The translations under genes were made by a program, and so were the position numbers. The notes beneath the pieces were generated by a model that worked only from the letters and a program-made list of their open reading frames with translations, searched no databases and had not been told where the DNA came from. From positions 1-64,000 of IMG/VR virus record IMGVR_UViG_3300031521_000029: a stretch of DNA of 64,000 nucleotides; one strand, written 5' to 3'. Source of the stretch: a virus. Position 1 is the first letter of the stretch. Each line of letters opens with the position of its first letter. This document shows positions 1 through 9,494 of the stretch, piece after piece.

Positions 1-1
1 C

Positions 2-298
2 GTTGTCCATGCAGAAACAAATTCGGTTTTGTCTGCTGCAAGGTTTGGAATATCAACTTTGGGAACAACTCTATATACTCAAACAATTCCATGTCATGAC
101 TGTGCCAAATCGATTATACAAGGCGGCATAAAGAAACTTGTAGTTCATTGTAAATGGCCGGTTATGTCTCATTCCAAATGGAAAGAGTCAATGGAAATTT
201 CAGGCATAATGTTATCAGAATCAGGCGTGGAAATCCGTTATGTGGACGAACCATTAAACGTATTAGCATACTTAAACGGTAAATCGTTTTTGGTTTAA
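2..298 (+). CDS. dCMP deaminase (5'-truncated by window edge)
   Basis: Frame from nt 2 reads VVHAETNSVLSAAR...PCHDCAKSIIQGGI, giving the HAE and PCxxC zinc motifs. Confidence 0.9.
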   Translation, partial: VVHAETNSVLSAARFGISTLGTTLYTQTIPCHDCAKSIIQGGIKKLVVHCKWPVMSHSKWKESMEISGIMLSESGVEIRYVDEPLNVLAYLNGKSFLV

Positions 299-339
299 TT
301 ATTTTCACGCTTTATGTTTTCACCATATATTTATATGGT

Positions 340-1104
340 ATGAATGATATGATTATATGGGAAGAAAAAAACTTAATAGAACCGAAGATGAAATTAGAGA
401 ACAATGGAATAAACGTTCAAAACGTTATTATACCCGAAATAAGGAATCAATCCTCAAAGAACGTATGCGAAGGTATTGGAAAAATAAAAGGAATTTACAA
501 GATAATAAACAAAGTTAATGGTAAATATTATGTAGGTAGTTCTAATGATATTAAAAAACGATGGATTCATCATAGAACATTATTAAATCATAATAAACAT
601 GACAATAAATATCTTCAGAATGCGTGGAATAAATATGGAAAAGAAAATTTTGATTTTTTAATCATTGAAAAAGATATTGATGAAGATAAATTACTTTTAG
701 TAGAACAGAGATATATAGATTTATGTAAACAAGATAGAGATGAATCATACAATTTAACATTATATTCTACTTCTCCTATGAAAGGTAGAAAAATGAGTGA
801 ATCTACCAAACTCAAAATGAGTGAATCACATAAAAATTATATTTTTACAGAAGAACATAAACAAAATTTAAGTAAATCGAAAACTGGAATTAATCATCAC
901 TTTTATGGAAAAAGACCTCCTAATTTTGGAAAGAAAATGTCAGAAGAACAGAGAAAAAAATTAAGTGATATTAAAAAAGGAAAAACAAGTCCAATGAAAG
1001 GAAAAAAATTTAGTGTAGAATCCAAATTAAAAATGTCAATTTCTGCTAAAAAAAGATGGGAATTAAAAAAGATTTTATCTTTACAAATCAATAATATTAA
1101 TTAA
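340..1104 (+). CDS. GIY-YIG homing endonuclease with NUMOD3 repeats
   Basis: GIYKIINKVNGKYYVGSS...RWIHH; repeated (M/F)SE(S/E)xK(L/K)K(M/L)S motifs. Confidence 0.9.
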   Translation: MNDMIIWEEKNLIEPKMKLENNGINVQNVIIPEIRNQSSKNVCEGIGKIKGIYKIINKVNGKYYVGSSNDIKKRWIHHRTLLNHNKHDNKYLQNAWNKYGKENFDFLIIEKDIDEDKLLLVEQRYIDLCKQDRDESYNLTLYSTSPMKGRKMSESTKLKMSESHKNYIFTEEHKQNLSKSKTGINHHFYGKRPPNFGKKMSEEQRKKLSDIKKGKTSPMKGKKFSVESKLKMSISAKKRWELKKILSLQINNIN

Positions 1105-1786
1105 CTACCGTTCTATTTTCTAACCACAAATCTACTTCTCTTGAAGAATTCTCCAATAAAAGAAGATTTTCGTTTAACGATGTGGATTCTTCCGGCCCAC
1201 CATTTACATTAATTAGTGAAATCTTTCCATCATACCGCTGAATCACTTCGTCTGGAAATTTATTATTTTGTAAAAGTTCCTCAACTTCTTGTTTTGTTAA
1301 TTCGATGTGACCACCAGTGTCCAAATCCCCATTTCCATTCTTAATAAAACAACTAACCCTATATTCTCTTTCTCCTGGAATTGTATTCTTTGAAAGAATG
1401 CCTAAATATTTTATTCCGTCTTTTCTAACCGTAAGTTTTCTTGGTCTGAATAATGATTCCATCAATTCAGACTTAATTTTAGGATGTTCTCCTTTTTTTA
1501 TAAGAAAATCTTCAACTGTAATAATTGAATCTTTTGATGGTTCATTAGTCCAAGTAATAGCATCGTCACCACAATCAAATCTCCATCTGTCACCACGAAT
1601 TCCTGGAAAAATAACGTTATGATGACTCCAATCTTCAAATGAAAGTTGTCTAGCATGAATAGCACCATAACTATCAACAACTCCAATCCACATATATTCT
1701 GTAGATTCTTTAATTATTATCTTTTTTGTATAAAAGGCTTCACGAAGAGATTCTTTGACAATATGTTTAAAATCGGATTTTTTCAT
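1097..1786 (-). CDS. hypothetical phage protein, possibly virion-associated ([ILV]xE-motif type)
   Basis: 229-aa ORF; N-terminus MKKSDFKHIVKESLREA and several LxE motifs; TACTTATT motif upstream. Confidence 0.6.
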   Translation of the reverse strand: MKKSDFKHIVKESLREAFYTKKIIIKESTEYMWIGVVDSYGAIHARQLSFEDWSHHNVIFPGIRGDRWRFDCGDDAITWTNEPSKDSIITVEDFLIKKGEHPKIKSELMESLFRPRKLTVRKDGIKYLGILSKNTIPGEREYRVSCFIKNGNGDLDTGGHIELTKQEVEELLQNNKFPDEVIQRYDGKISLINVNGGPEESTSLNENLLLLENSSREVDLWLENRTVVN

Positions 1787-1826
1787 CTGATAATAAGTAT
1801 GAAGACATCGTTAAAAGAATTAAAAA

Positions 1827-1904
1827 TGGTGAAGCAGGAGAGGCTCGAACTCTCATAAATCCACTTACGGTAATTTGTTTAGGAAACAAATCCGATACTG
1901 CTCC
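1827..1904 (-). tRNA. tRNA-Arg(CCU)-like RNA with rearranged D region
   Basis: GGAGCAG/CUGCUUC acceptor plus ACCA; UUUGU-UUCCUAA-ACAAA anticodon arm; GAGAG-UUCGAGC-CUCUC T arm; only 7 nt where the D arm should be. Confidence 0.8.
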
Positions 1905-1916
1905 AGTATAATAAAT

Positions 1917-1999
1917 TGGTGCGGAAGGTGGGGTTCGAACCCACATTTTCATTTCCAATTATGCGTATCTCGCTTAGAAGGCGCAACCATTACAACCGC
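1917..1999 (-). tRNA. tRNA-Arg(UCU)-like RNA with rearranged D region
   Basis: GCGGUUG/CUUCCGC acceptor (two U-U pairs) plus ACCA; CGC-CUUCUAA-GCG anticodon arm; GUGGG-UUCGAAC-CCCAC T arm; no canonical D arm. Confidence 0.75.
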
Positions 2000-2017
2000 A
2001 TTACTGTTATATTGATA

Positions 2018-2045
2018 AGTATGTCAGACTTTAAGAAAAAGTCAA
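2018..2045 (-). promoter_or_regulatory. sigma70-like promoter for the tRNA-Arg pair
   Basis: TTGACT-16-CATACT on the minus strand, 18 nt upstream of the tRNA. Confidence 0.55.
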
Positions 2046-2377
2046 GAAGTTTTATTGTCCAAAGTGTAGGTATCAGAACTATATCCAAGAAACTTAACTT
2101 TGGCAAAAAACATATCATACGGGTCGTTGAAGAATTTCATATCAAAAATTTCAAACAACATTATTTTCTTACTTTCTGAATAAGCTCGTAGAATGTTTCC
2201 GTTACGTGGTAAAATAGGCAAATGTCCGGTAATTTCTCCAATTCCAGATTCTTTGTCATAACTAATAAAATCTATATGGTCGCCCCATCCAGAATGAATG
2301 GAAAAGTAAGAGTTTTCTCCTTTTCCTAATTTTAGTGGAGTTTGTTTAACAAAAAATCTTCTAAAGAAATCGAACAT
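2042..2377 (-). CDS. hypothetical protein
   Basis: 111-aa ORF, co-oriented with neighbours. Confidence 0.6.
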   Translation of the reverse strand: MFDFFRRFFVKQTPLKLGKGENSYFSIHSGWGDHIDFISYDKESGIGEITGHLPILPRNGNILRAYSESKKIMLFEIFDMKFFNDPYDMFFAKVKFLGYSSDTYTLDNKTS

Positions 2378-2551
2378 TTTTAATTCATCCTATCATTTAT
2401 ATCTTCAGAACGTAAATCTTTCAAATATTCACGTTCTTTAGGAGTTAATACATCAAGTAACGCTCCAACACGTTTTCTATCAACGCCTGGATTAAGAGTT
2501 TCATGACGAATCATTTTGTGAAATGATTCTTTAGCTCCACAACTGTTTCGT

Positions 2552-3118
2552 TTAACATTTTTCACCGTAAAGATACTTTTTAAATTCCATTTCCAATTCA
2601 GTAGGAAAACATCTTTCCCCAAACTTAAGCTCTTCGGGTTTTGCCGGCGGACGAAAAGTATATTTATAGTATTCAGTTTCAGATACTTTTCTAAGCATCC
2701 TCAAAGAACTTGAACTGATATGTTCATATTTCTTATCACAAATGAAGAACACCGTCTTGAGTCCATTATACATTTCCTTGATAAATTGAAGTTGGTTCTG
2801 TTCCATTTGAAGGTCTTCACCATTCCTCAAACCACGAATTAAAAACACCTTTGCGTCTTCATTCGACACTTCAACCGAATTAAGATAGTCTGACAAAAGG
2901 CCGGTGAACTCTACCGTCTTAGCATTACCAAGAACTGGATGTCCTACAGGGAACGGGTCTTTCTCAATACCATCCTTTGAAGGGTTTCTACCAATGGCAA
3001 TAATTACCTCATCAAATACGTTTTGAGCTTGATGTAGTATATCAGCATGGCCGCAATGAAACGGTGAAAAAGTTCCCGCATAAATTCCAATAGTTTTTTT
3101 GATATTACTCATATACAA
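2552..3118 (-). CDS. coaD: phosphopantetheine adenylyltransferase-like (HxGH nucleotidyltransferase)
   Basis: IGIYAGTFSPFHCGH, LIRGLRNGED and ISSSSLR motifs typical of CoaD. Confidence 0.85.
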   Translation of the reverse strand: MYMSNIKKTIGIYAGTFSPFHCGHADILHQAQNVFDEVIIAIGRNPSKDGIEKDPFPVGHPVLGNAKTVEFTGLLSDYLNSVEVSNEDAKVFLIRGLRNGEDLQMEQNQLQFIKEMYNGLKTVFFICDKKYEHISSSSLRMLRKVSETEYYKYTFRPPAKPEELKFGERCFPTELEMEFKKYLYGEKC

Positions 3119-3120
3119 AA

Positions 3121-3939
3121 TTATATCTCATTTCGATAGAATGTCAAGACAGGATTCCATTTTCGTTCCATTACAGGCAAATTCAATTCTTTTATTTGTT
3201 GACAGAGAAATTTAATAATATCTTTTCTATAAAACGCCACCCAAGCGTATCCCTGATTATTAATTTTCGATGTTGTCGGCGGGAATTTCAATAAATTACA
3301 TATTCCACAACTCATTAGTTGAAGTATATCTTTCCACGAAGAATGTAATTTTATTACAATATTTATTTCATTTTTATGATTTTTTCTTTTGTCTCTATAA
3401 ACATATCCATCAGCATCAATAAATCCTATTATAAATGATACCAACTTTTCTTTTGTATTTAGGAATGATAAATTTGGTGGGGGATTGTATGTTTTTTTTG
3501 ACTTTATCAAAAATTTCTCTACTATTTTTGGAAATAAAAATCTATCCATAATTCTTACTTCTGTATATTTTCTTTTGTCTTTTTTTCTAATGTAATTACT
3601 TATATTTTTACATTTGATGAATTCGGCAAATTTTTTTACTTGATTTCCATCACGACTTTGTAAAGTTAATTTTAAGCGATTATTACTATGATTAAAGTAA
3701 CCGTCCGCATACAAAAATCCTATCCAATAATAAGTTTCAGGAGTTTCTTGAAGTAATACAGACAAATCTCCTTCAATCTGTTCGTTAATTTTTTTCTTTA
3801 ATTGTAGTTTTTCAGCCTTTAATTTTATGGCATCATAACTACGATTTGGAAAGTTTTCTATCAAAACTTTTTTTGTAGAATTCTCATAAAGACCAATCAA
3901 TTTTTGCGTTTCAATTTTATTCCAAGGCGTTCCGTTCAT
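3121..3939 (-). CDS. LAGLIDADG homing endonuclease
   Basis: Two motifs, YWIGFLYADG and FIIGFIDADG. Confidence 0.9.
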   Translation of the reverse strand: MNGTPWNKIETQKLIGLYENSTKKVLIENFPNRSYDAIKLKAEKLQLKKKINEQIEGDLSVLLQETPETYYWIGFLYADGYFNHSNNRLKLTLQSRDGNQVKKFAEFIKCKNISNYIRKKDKRKYTEVRIMDRFLFPKIVEKFLIKSKKTYNPPPNLSFLNTKEKLVSFIIGFIDADGYVYRDKRKNHKNEINIVIKLHSSWKDILQLMSCGICNLLKFPPTTSKINNQGYAWVAFYRKDIIKFLCQQIKELNLPVMERKWNPVLTFYRNEI

Positions 3940-4001
3940 AATTTATCCTTCCATGTCATATACATACATATAAACATCATAGGACAAACTATGAAATAGT
4001 T

Positions 4002-4214
4002 TTATTTTTTCATCGATTCAAGTAGTTGATTTTCATTTACTAATTTTTTACATTTAGAAATACACTCCTTGTAATCTCTTGTAGTTGCATCCAACATTGC
4101 CACAACCAATTTGTCATGCAACTTAATTGAAGTATTTTCTTTTTTAAGAACTTCATTTTCACGTTTCAATAAACGAATTTGTCTTTCTAATTGTGCTGTC
4201 GATTTAATTTTCAT
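4002..4214 (-). CDS. hypothetical coiled-coil protein
   Basis: 70-aa ORF with TTGACT..TAAACT promoter upstream. Confidence 0.55.
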   Translation of the reverse strand: MKIKSTAQLERQIRLLKRENEVLKKENTSIKLHDKLVVAMLDATTRDYKECISKCKKLVNENQLLESMKK

Positions 4215-4248
4215 TCAACTGGAAGTTTAACATTGAATGTTTCAGGAG

Positions 4249-4491
4249 TCAAGCACGTATTTCACAACGTTCCAATATTCTTTTAACCAACCATACCGGC
4301 ATATGTGTGGTCAGACCATTATCCAAACACAATGCAATGTCAGGGTCATACCCATAACATTTTAATCCTGTAATTTCTTCTGTTTGTTTAATAAACTTAT
4401 TCCACGAATCCATATAAATTGAAAAATCGTGAGTGAATCCATCAGGCGTGTTGCCGCCACGTCATGAGTTTGGAGTATCGTAATGTTTCAT
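4249..4491 (-). pseudogene. 80-codon ORF with an in-frame TGA at codon 10
   Basis: MKHYDTPNS*RGGNTPDGFTHDFSIYMDSWNKFIKQTEEITGLKCYGYDPDIALCLDNG...; fills the gap between neighbours. Confidence 0.5.
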
Positions 4492-4493
4492 AA

Positions 4494-5531
4494 TTATTTA
4501 ACAACTGGATTCCCCAATCCCATAGCATAACTATAAGGCTTAACAGCGTGTGTCTGACACCACTTTTCGCCACAGATATTACAACGGTTGTTATGTTCTT
4601 GTGTGCAATTCTCATTGCCACAGACTTTACAATGAATACCCCTTATAGGTTTAATGTCGTTCTTCAAACCATATTTCTTCAGTTCCTTTGAAGAAAGTTG
4701 ACGCTCCAAAGTAATTTTTACAGAATTTTCGAGTTTACGACGAACATTATAACGCCCCCAATAGGTTCCATCGTGATTAAAAATCATCAAATCTCTCGGG
4801 CCGATTTTTTCATCCTGTGCGCTACGTTTGTTATAATAACCAACAGGCTCAGGAATCAAATAGTAACCATCGTCGGTTTTCTTATACTTTGTTACTTTGG
4901 TAATAACATTCCGACCAAAGAATTTTTGTGGAAATGGTGGGTATACGGCCGGCTCCATTTGTCTTGATGCTGGCAATGTTTTGACTTTTCGGTAATGAAG
5001 ACCGTCAACCACCACCAAATCAGATTCAGATTCTACAGCTTTGCCTTTAACTTCATGCCAAAATCCGTTTATTTTGATTAATTGATGGTAGTTACCCAAG
5101 ATACGATAGGTTTCAGGCTTTTTCTCTCGGTCTTTCTTTTCCGGCTTTGCGTAACCAAGACATTTAGTTACAGGGTGAACATAAAACGTCCCCTGTTTCC
5201 AACGGTGTTCACTAACAGGACGAAGACATCCCCAGCCCTCGTCAAGATAACAAACTTTTCCGTCTTTCATTACGGTATCAAAGACAACTTCCCATCCGAT
5301 TTTTTCACGAGTCTTGTCTTCGTCCTTAATCCAAGAAAGATGAACATATTCGGAAAAAACATCATCCCATTTAACACCGATTCTGGATTCCAATAAACGG
5401 CGAACCTTGTTGTATGGGTAGTCACGACCTTTGTATCGACCCCAAGCGCCACCTGGCAAAGCGACACGTTCACGATTTGGTAATTCTTCCAATTTTTCAA
5501 AACTGTCAGTATGTTGGAGTAGGTTTTTCAT
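4494..5531 (-). CDS. hypothetical protein with C-terminal Cys/His zinc-finger-like repeats
   Basis: 345-aa ORF; WDDVFSE, FYVHP and RQLSSKELKKYGL motifs; two CxxC...C..H units. Confidence 0.7.
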   Translation of the reverse strand: MKNLLQHTDSFEKLEELPNRERVALPGGAWGRYKGRDYPYNKVRRLLESRIGVKWDDVFSEYVHLSWIKDEDKTREKIGWEVVFDTVMKDGKVCYLDEGWGCLRPVSEHRWKQGTFYVHPVTKCLGYAKPEKKDREKKPETYRILGNYHQLIKINGFWHEVKGKAVESESDLVVVDGLHYRKVKTLPASRQMEPAVYPPFPQKFFGRNVITKVTKYKKTDDGYYLIPEPVGYYNKRSAQDEKIGPRDLMIFNHDGTYWGRYNVRRKLENSVKITLERQLSSKELKKYGLKNDIKPIRGIHCKVCGNENCTQEHNNRCNICGEKWCQTHAVKPYSYAMGLGNPVVK

Positions 5532-5540
5532 CGATAATAA

Positions 5541-5569
5541 ATATTACCACAGACATAAAGAATCGTCAA
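5541..5569 (-). promoter_or_regulatory. sigma70-like promoter
   Basis: TTGACG-17-TAATAT with extended TG, 9 nt before ATG 5531. Confidence 0.65.
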
Positions 5570-5588
5570 GCCTTCACACAAGGGACTT

Positions 5589-6557
5589 TCACTTTTCTAA
5601 AATATACCCCTTATCATATTGTTTATATGACGGAAGATAGTCATTGAAAGTATTATCTTCCCAAATAATACCAACAGTTCCGTTAGGATTAACATCGCCT
5701 GAAACACGTCCTATTGCCCTAGAAAGATGATGCCAATTATTATAGTTTAAAGAAATGTATTTATTGTTTCTATACCACATCCAGCCATTATCAGTTTTAA
5801 CTAAAGAAATCCAATATGAAGTCAACTGATAGATGCCCTTCTCGTTAGATTGTTTTACAAAACGTAACCACTTTTCTTTTGTTTCAAAAACCGCCAAATT
5901 ACCTCCCCTACGTTTTGCATCAACATATGCTTCAGACCAAGAATAGTGACCATTAATAATTACAAATGAGGATTGGAATTCTGCCTCGGTTGATTGACTT
6001 TCAACAATTGACACACCTTGAGATTTGTTATCATTAAATTCTTTCGGTTGTTGAATTTGAATTTGTTGAAGATAACTTTGTTCTGCCGAAAGATTTAAAA
6101 CTCCATATTGAACCACTTGATATGTAGCATCATCTTTAACAATTTTTGATAACAACGGAGAATAATGATAATAAACTAAACAGTCAACCTTATCACCTAC
6201 ATACATTTTATCTGCATAAGGATATAATACTACACAATATGTTGGAACTTTACGATTTAAATCAGAATTAAATGTTTCAACAAAAAGCAGTATATTTGTA
6301 GAAGTATGGTCAATTTTGTTCACCTGACCTGTAATATGAAACCATGAAAGATTGGCGATAATATTTGTCATTCGCCACACTCCATCGACTTCATAATAGT
6401 AAAATGTTGGAGCTTGTGATTCTAATGTATGAGTTTTATAATACTCATTTTGTTTTGAGATATTCCACGTTATTCCATCTGCGATACGGAAGTTATTATT
6501 TTGTCCAAATGAAATTGAACAAATAACAACGAAAAGAATGGATAAAAATAATTTCAT
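5589..6557 (-). CDS. secreted protein with C-terminal C-type lectin domain
   Basis: Signal peptide MKLFLSILFVVICSISFG; SWSEAYVDAKRRGGNLAVFET...YWISL...W.W...YNNW...GYILE. Confidence 0.75.
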   Translation of the reverse strand: MKLFLSILFVVICSISFGQNNNFRIADGITWNISKQNEYYKTHTLESQAPTFYYYEVDGVWRMTNIIANLSWFHITGQVNKIDHTSTNILLFVETFNSDLNRKVPTYCVVLYPYADKMYVGDKVDCLVYYHYSPLLSKIVKDDATYQVVQYGVLNLSAEQSYLQQIQIQQPKEFNDNKSQGVSIVESQSTEAEFQSSFVIINGHYSWSEAYVDAKRRGGNLAVFETKEKWLRFVKQSNEKGIYQLTSYWISLVKTDNGWMWYRNNKYISLNYNNWHHLSRAIGRVSGDVNPNGTVGIIWEDNTFNDYLPSYKQYDKGYILEK

Positions 6558-6562
6558 AACTA

Positions 6563-6591
6563 ATCATATCACGGTTGTAAAATAATGTCAA
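6563..6591 (-). promoter_or_regulatory. sigma70-like promoter (leaderless geometry)
   Basis: TTGACA-17-TATGAT, 5 nt before ATG 6557. Confidence 0.7.
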
Positions 6592-7367
6592 GCCTTATAT
6601 GTGGCATCTGAAATCAATCGTTTATTATGACCCCAAATGATAAACCTTACATCATGACCACATTGAAGCGACCCTGTTATTTTTGCCTCATTCTTTTCAA
6701 CTTCCATATTCCATGTCCAATCTGATTTTGTTTCAACTATTGTATTGGAACTTGAAATGTAACAGTCAGGATAATACCTTTTCGATTGTCCGTTCCAATT
6801 ATAGAAAATTTTTGGTTTATCTTTAGTATCTACTTTAATGTCGTCTTCTTGAAGCGAACTTGATATCAAAAAATCTAATGTCCAACATTCGTATCCTTGA
6901 ACTTTAACTTTTTTGCCGTTTGGAAATGTATAAGGTTTTCTTTCCCACCGATTATTACTCATACTCCACTCCAAACCACATTCCTGACATCCTCTACCCA
7001 ATAAATGCTTTTCAGGAGTTTGTTGAAATTCGCCGTGGGTTTTACATATAATTGTTACATTTGTTCGAGCATTGATATAATTTACTTTTGAGTAATCAAA
7101 AATATCACCATGAAGTTTAGACGATTCTTTTATAAATTCTTCAGTGTTACTTCTTTGTAGTCTTTTCATCCTATTTAATCCACAATGATAACATCCTTGT
7201 CCGTTTATATGATGATTTGGGGTTTGTAAAAACTCTCCGTGACTTGGACAAATTATTATTCCTTTGGTTCCATGATTTTTATAAATAAATTTAGAATAAT
7301 CATATTTATATACATGGATTTTATCTGATTTTTCAATGAATTCTTCTATTGTTAATTTTCTACTCAT
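6588..7367 (-). CDS. putative homing endonuclease (DUF723-like Zn repeats plus PD-(D/E)xK)
   Basis: Two IICxxHGEFxQTPxxHxxGxGCxxC repeats; YYPDCYI...IVETKS. Confidence 0.8.
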   Translation of the reverse strand: MSRKLTIEEFIEKSDKIHVYKYDYSKFIYKNHGTKGIIICPSHGEFLQTPNHHINGQGCYHCGLNRMKRLQRSNTEEFIKESSKLHGDIFDYSKVNYINARTNVTIICKTHGEFQQTPEKHLLGRGCQECGLEWSMSNNRWERKPYTFPNGKKVKVQGYECWTLDFLISSSLQEDDIKVDTKDKPKIFYNWNGQSKRYYPDCYISSSNTIVETKSDWTWNMEVEKNEAKITGSLQCGHDVRFIIWGHNKRLISDATYKA

Positions 7368-7390
7368 CTCTATATCAATAAATAGAAAAA

Positions 7391-9451
7391 TTACACCAAA
7401 AAACTTTGTAATTCTTCTAATTCTTCATTATAGCCACCCGAAAGAATTGGCGCCCTACACCAGGTCTTCGGGTCGAGGTTATAATCATCAACATGAAAAC
7501 TAATCGCATATCGTTCCCTTTTCCATTGTGACATTCCAAAAAGTTTGAAAAATTTAGTGATATCTTTAATTAACTTATTGTTGTCATATTCAATCGAAAC
7601 TTTCAACGATTGATAAATTTCAACAGGAGTATTTCTGTTTCTAACAACCAATCTTTCAATTTTATCAATTAACCAATAAGGCATCAAATCGGCTTCATCT
7701 GTTTGATTATATTCAGAAGGCCGAAGTTCCGCTGTCGGTTGTTGGTTGTTGATTAATCCCATCGTAGGCAAATTGCCAAGTCCATCAGGCCCATTTTTTT
7801 CAACCCAACGAAGGAATTCACGAATATAATTTTTGGATAACCCACAGACAGGAGCCAAACCTCCAGCAGTATCGCCATCAAGCGTACAATATCCAAGACT
7901 TGCCTCTGAACGATTACTTGTAGTAAGCAATAATGTTCCCTTCATATTGGCAATCATCCAAATAGAAGGACAACGGACACGGGCTTGAAGGTTTTGTAAA
8001 GTAATATCATTTGCCTCAAAAGTCAATTCACTTCCTTTAACAATTACACCAATCTTCTTATACTCTTGAACCATCGGTTCAACGTCAAATTCGTAGTGAG
8101 GGATGTTCAGAGCCTTCGCCAATTCACTTGCGGCATGACGTGTCACTTCACCACTTTGAGCTGTGGCCTGATAAGCGGTTGTGATTAACAGAGAAACCAA
8201 TCGTTCAATTTGTTTATCTTTTGTCCACTGGTCAAAATTACTACAACGGGCACCTGTTCCGAGTTGAGGACAATACTTTGTAATAAACTTGGCAACACCC
8301 AATTCTTCTATACCCATTCGAATACCCACGGCGCATAAATAAGTCACCATAGCCGAATCTGCTCCACCACTCAAAGAAATAGTGAAACCTTTCGTGTGAC
8401 TCTTTCTCATGTAATCCATCAAAGCCAATCCAAGAGTACGAACACATTCTTCATGTTTAATATGACTCGACAATTCCCAATCTTCCTGAATTGGGTTACT
8501 TGTAAGCTGTTCAGTCACTTCAGGATAAATAAAATCGCATTCGACACATCCTTGATTGTATTGTTCAACGTTTGGTTGAAAACTTGCCGACCGAACTTGT
8601 GATGTACGAGTGTTATCTACATCAACAACTGCCGTAGTCAAGAGAACATTATTATAAGTAAAACGTTTGCCAGCAGCCACCAAGGTTCCACCGGTGGCAA
8701 TTAAAGTTCCACCATCATAAATGGCTCTACCGGCTTCATTACCAACAAGATTAGTATAAACGTAAGTGGCGCCAAATGCTCTCGAACCGTCAACAACGAA
8801 GTTTCTTCGTGTATTCAATTTACCGAAAGAAAAGTGAGAAGCGCTTGGATTGAGATAGATATCAACTCCTTTTGTAGTAAGAATCGTTCCAGGACGATTA
8901 GAAACCCAAGCATCTTCACAGATTTCATAACCAATCTTGATTCCACCAATATTGAAATGAACGTCGCCGATGGGAATGTTTCCACCAAGTTCAGGAATGT
9001 TGATGGTTTGAACCACGCCCTGCGGCCAAGGTTTGAACCAACGATTTTCATAATGAATACCATCACCGGCCAAATGTTGTTTACAAGTAAAGCCGATAAC
9101 TTTGCCGTTAACAATGGTAGCAACGACGTTGTAGAGACTGTTGTTAAAACGAATCGGAAGACCGACACAAAAAATCATTTTATCACATGGACAAACGATG
9201 TCATATGATACGTTATTTCTTGTAGTATAATGAAGAATTTCACTAAGTTTCTTAATCGCCCGTTGAGGAACATCGCCACAAAAATAATCATCTTCCAAGC
9301 CATAACCGGTAATACACATTTCAGGAAGACACAAAACGGACACGTTCTGTTCCTTCGCCTTCATGATAGCATCAATGATATTGGCCTTATTGTCCTTCCA
9401 ATCACGTGGAGTCTGATTCAATGTTGCGGCGGCTACTTTGATTAATTTCAT
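7391..9451 (-). CDS. nadE: glutamine-dependent NAD+ synthetase
   Basis: Nitrilase domain (LPEMCITGY, CKQHL, EICED triad) fused to a synthetase domain (SGGADS, QNLQARVR, SNRSE, PTAEL, SQWKR). Confidence 0.95.
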   Translation of the reverse strand: MKLIKVAAATLNQTPRDWKDNKANIIDAIMKAKEQNVSVLCLPEMCITGYGLEDDYFCGDVPQRAIKKLSEILHYTTRNNVSYDIVCPCDKMIFCVGLPIRFNNSLYNVVATIVNGKVIGFTCKQHLAGDGIHYENRWFKPWPQGVVQTINIPELGGNIPIGDVHFNIGGIKIGYEICEDAWVSNRPGTILTTKGVDIYLNPSASHFSFGKLNTRRNFVVDGSRAFGATYVYTNLVGNEAGRAIYDGGTLIATGGTLVAAGKRFTYNNVLLTTAVVDVDNTRTSQVRSASFQPNVEQYNQGCVECDFIYPEVTEQLTSNPIQEDWELSSHIKHEECVRTLGLALMDYMRKSHTKGFTISLSGGADSAMVTYLCAVGIRMGIEELGVAKFITKYCPQLGTGARCSNFDQWTKDKQIERLVSLLITTAYQATAQSGEVTRHAASELAKALNIPHYEFDVEPMVQEYKKIGVIVKGSELTFEANDITLQNLQARVRCPSIWMIANMKGTLLLTTSNRSEASLGYCTLDGDTAGGLAPVCGLSKNYIREFLRWVEKNGPDGLGNLPTMGLINNQQPTAELRPSEYNQTDEADLMPYWLIDKIERLVVRNRNTPVEIYQSLKVSIEYDNNKLIKDITKFFKLFGMSQWKRERYAISFHVDDYNLDPKTWCRAPILSGGYNEELEELQSFLV

Positions 9452-9457
9452 GTCAAA

Positions 9458-9485
9458 AGTCTATCAAGGTTTTATGACAAGTCAA
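9458..9485 (-). promoter_or_regulatory. sigma70-like promoter of nadE (leaderless geometry)
   Basis: TTGACT-16-TAGACT, 6 nt before ATG 9451. Confidence 0.65.
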
Positions 9486-9494
9486 GCGTGTGAA

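Noticed and set aside
1646-2179. ORFs overlapping the tRNA-Arg pair (also 31866..32057 and 32127..32384)
   Set aside because: Spurious translations of tRNA genes.
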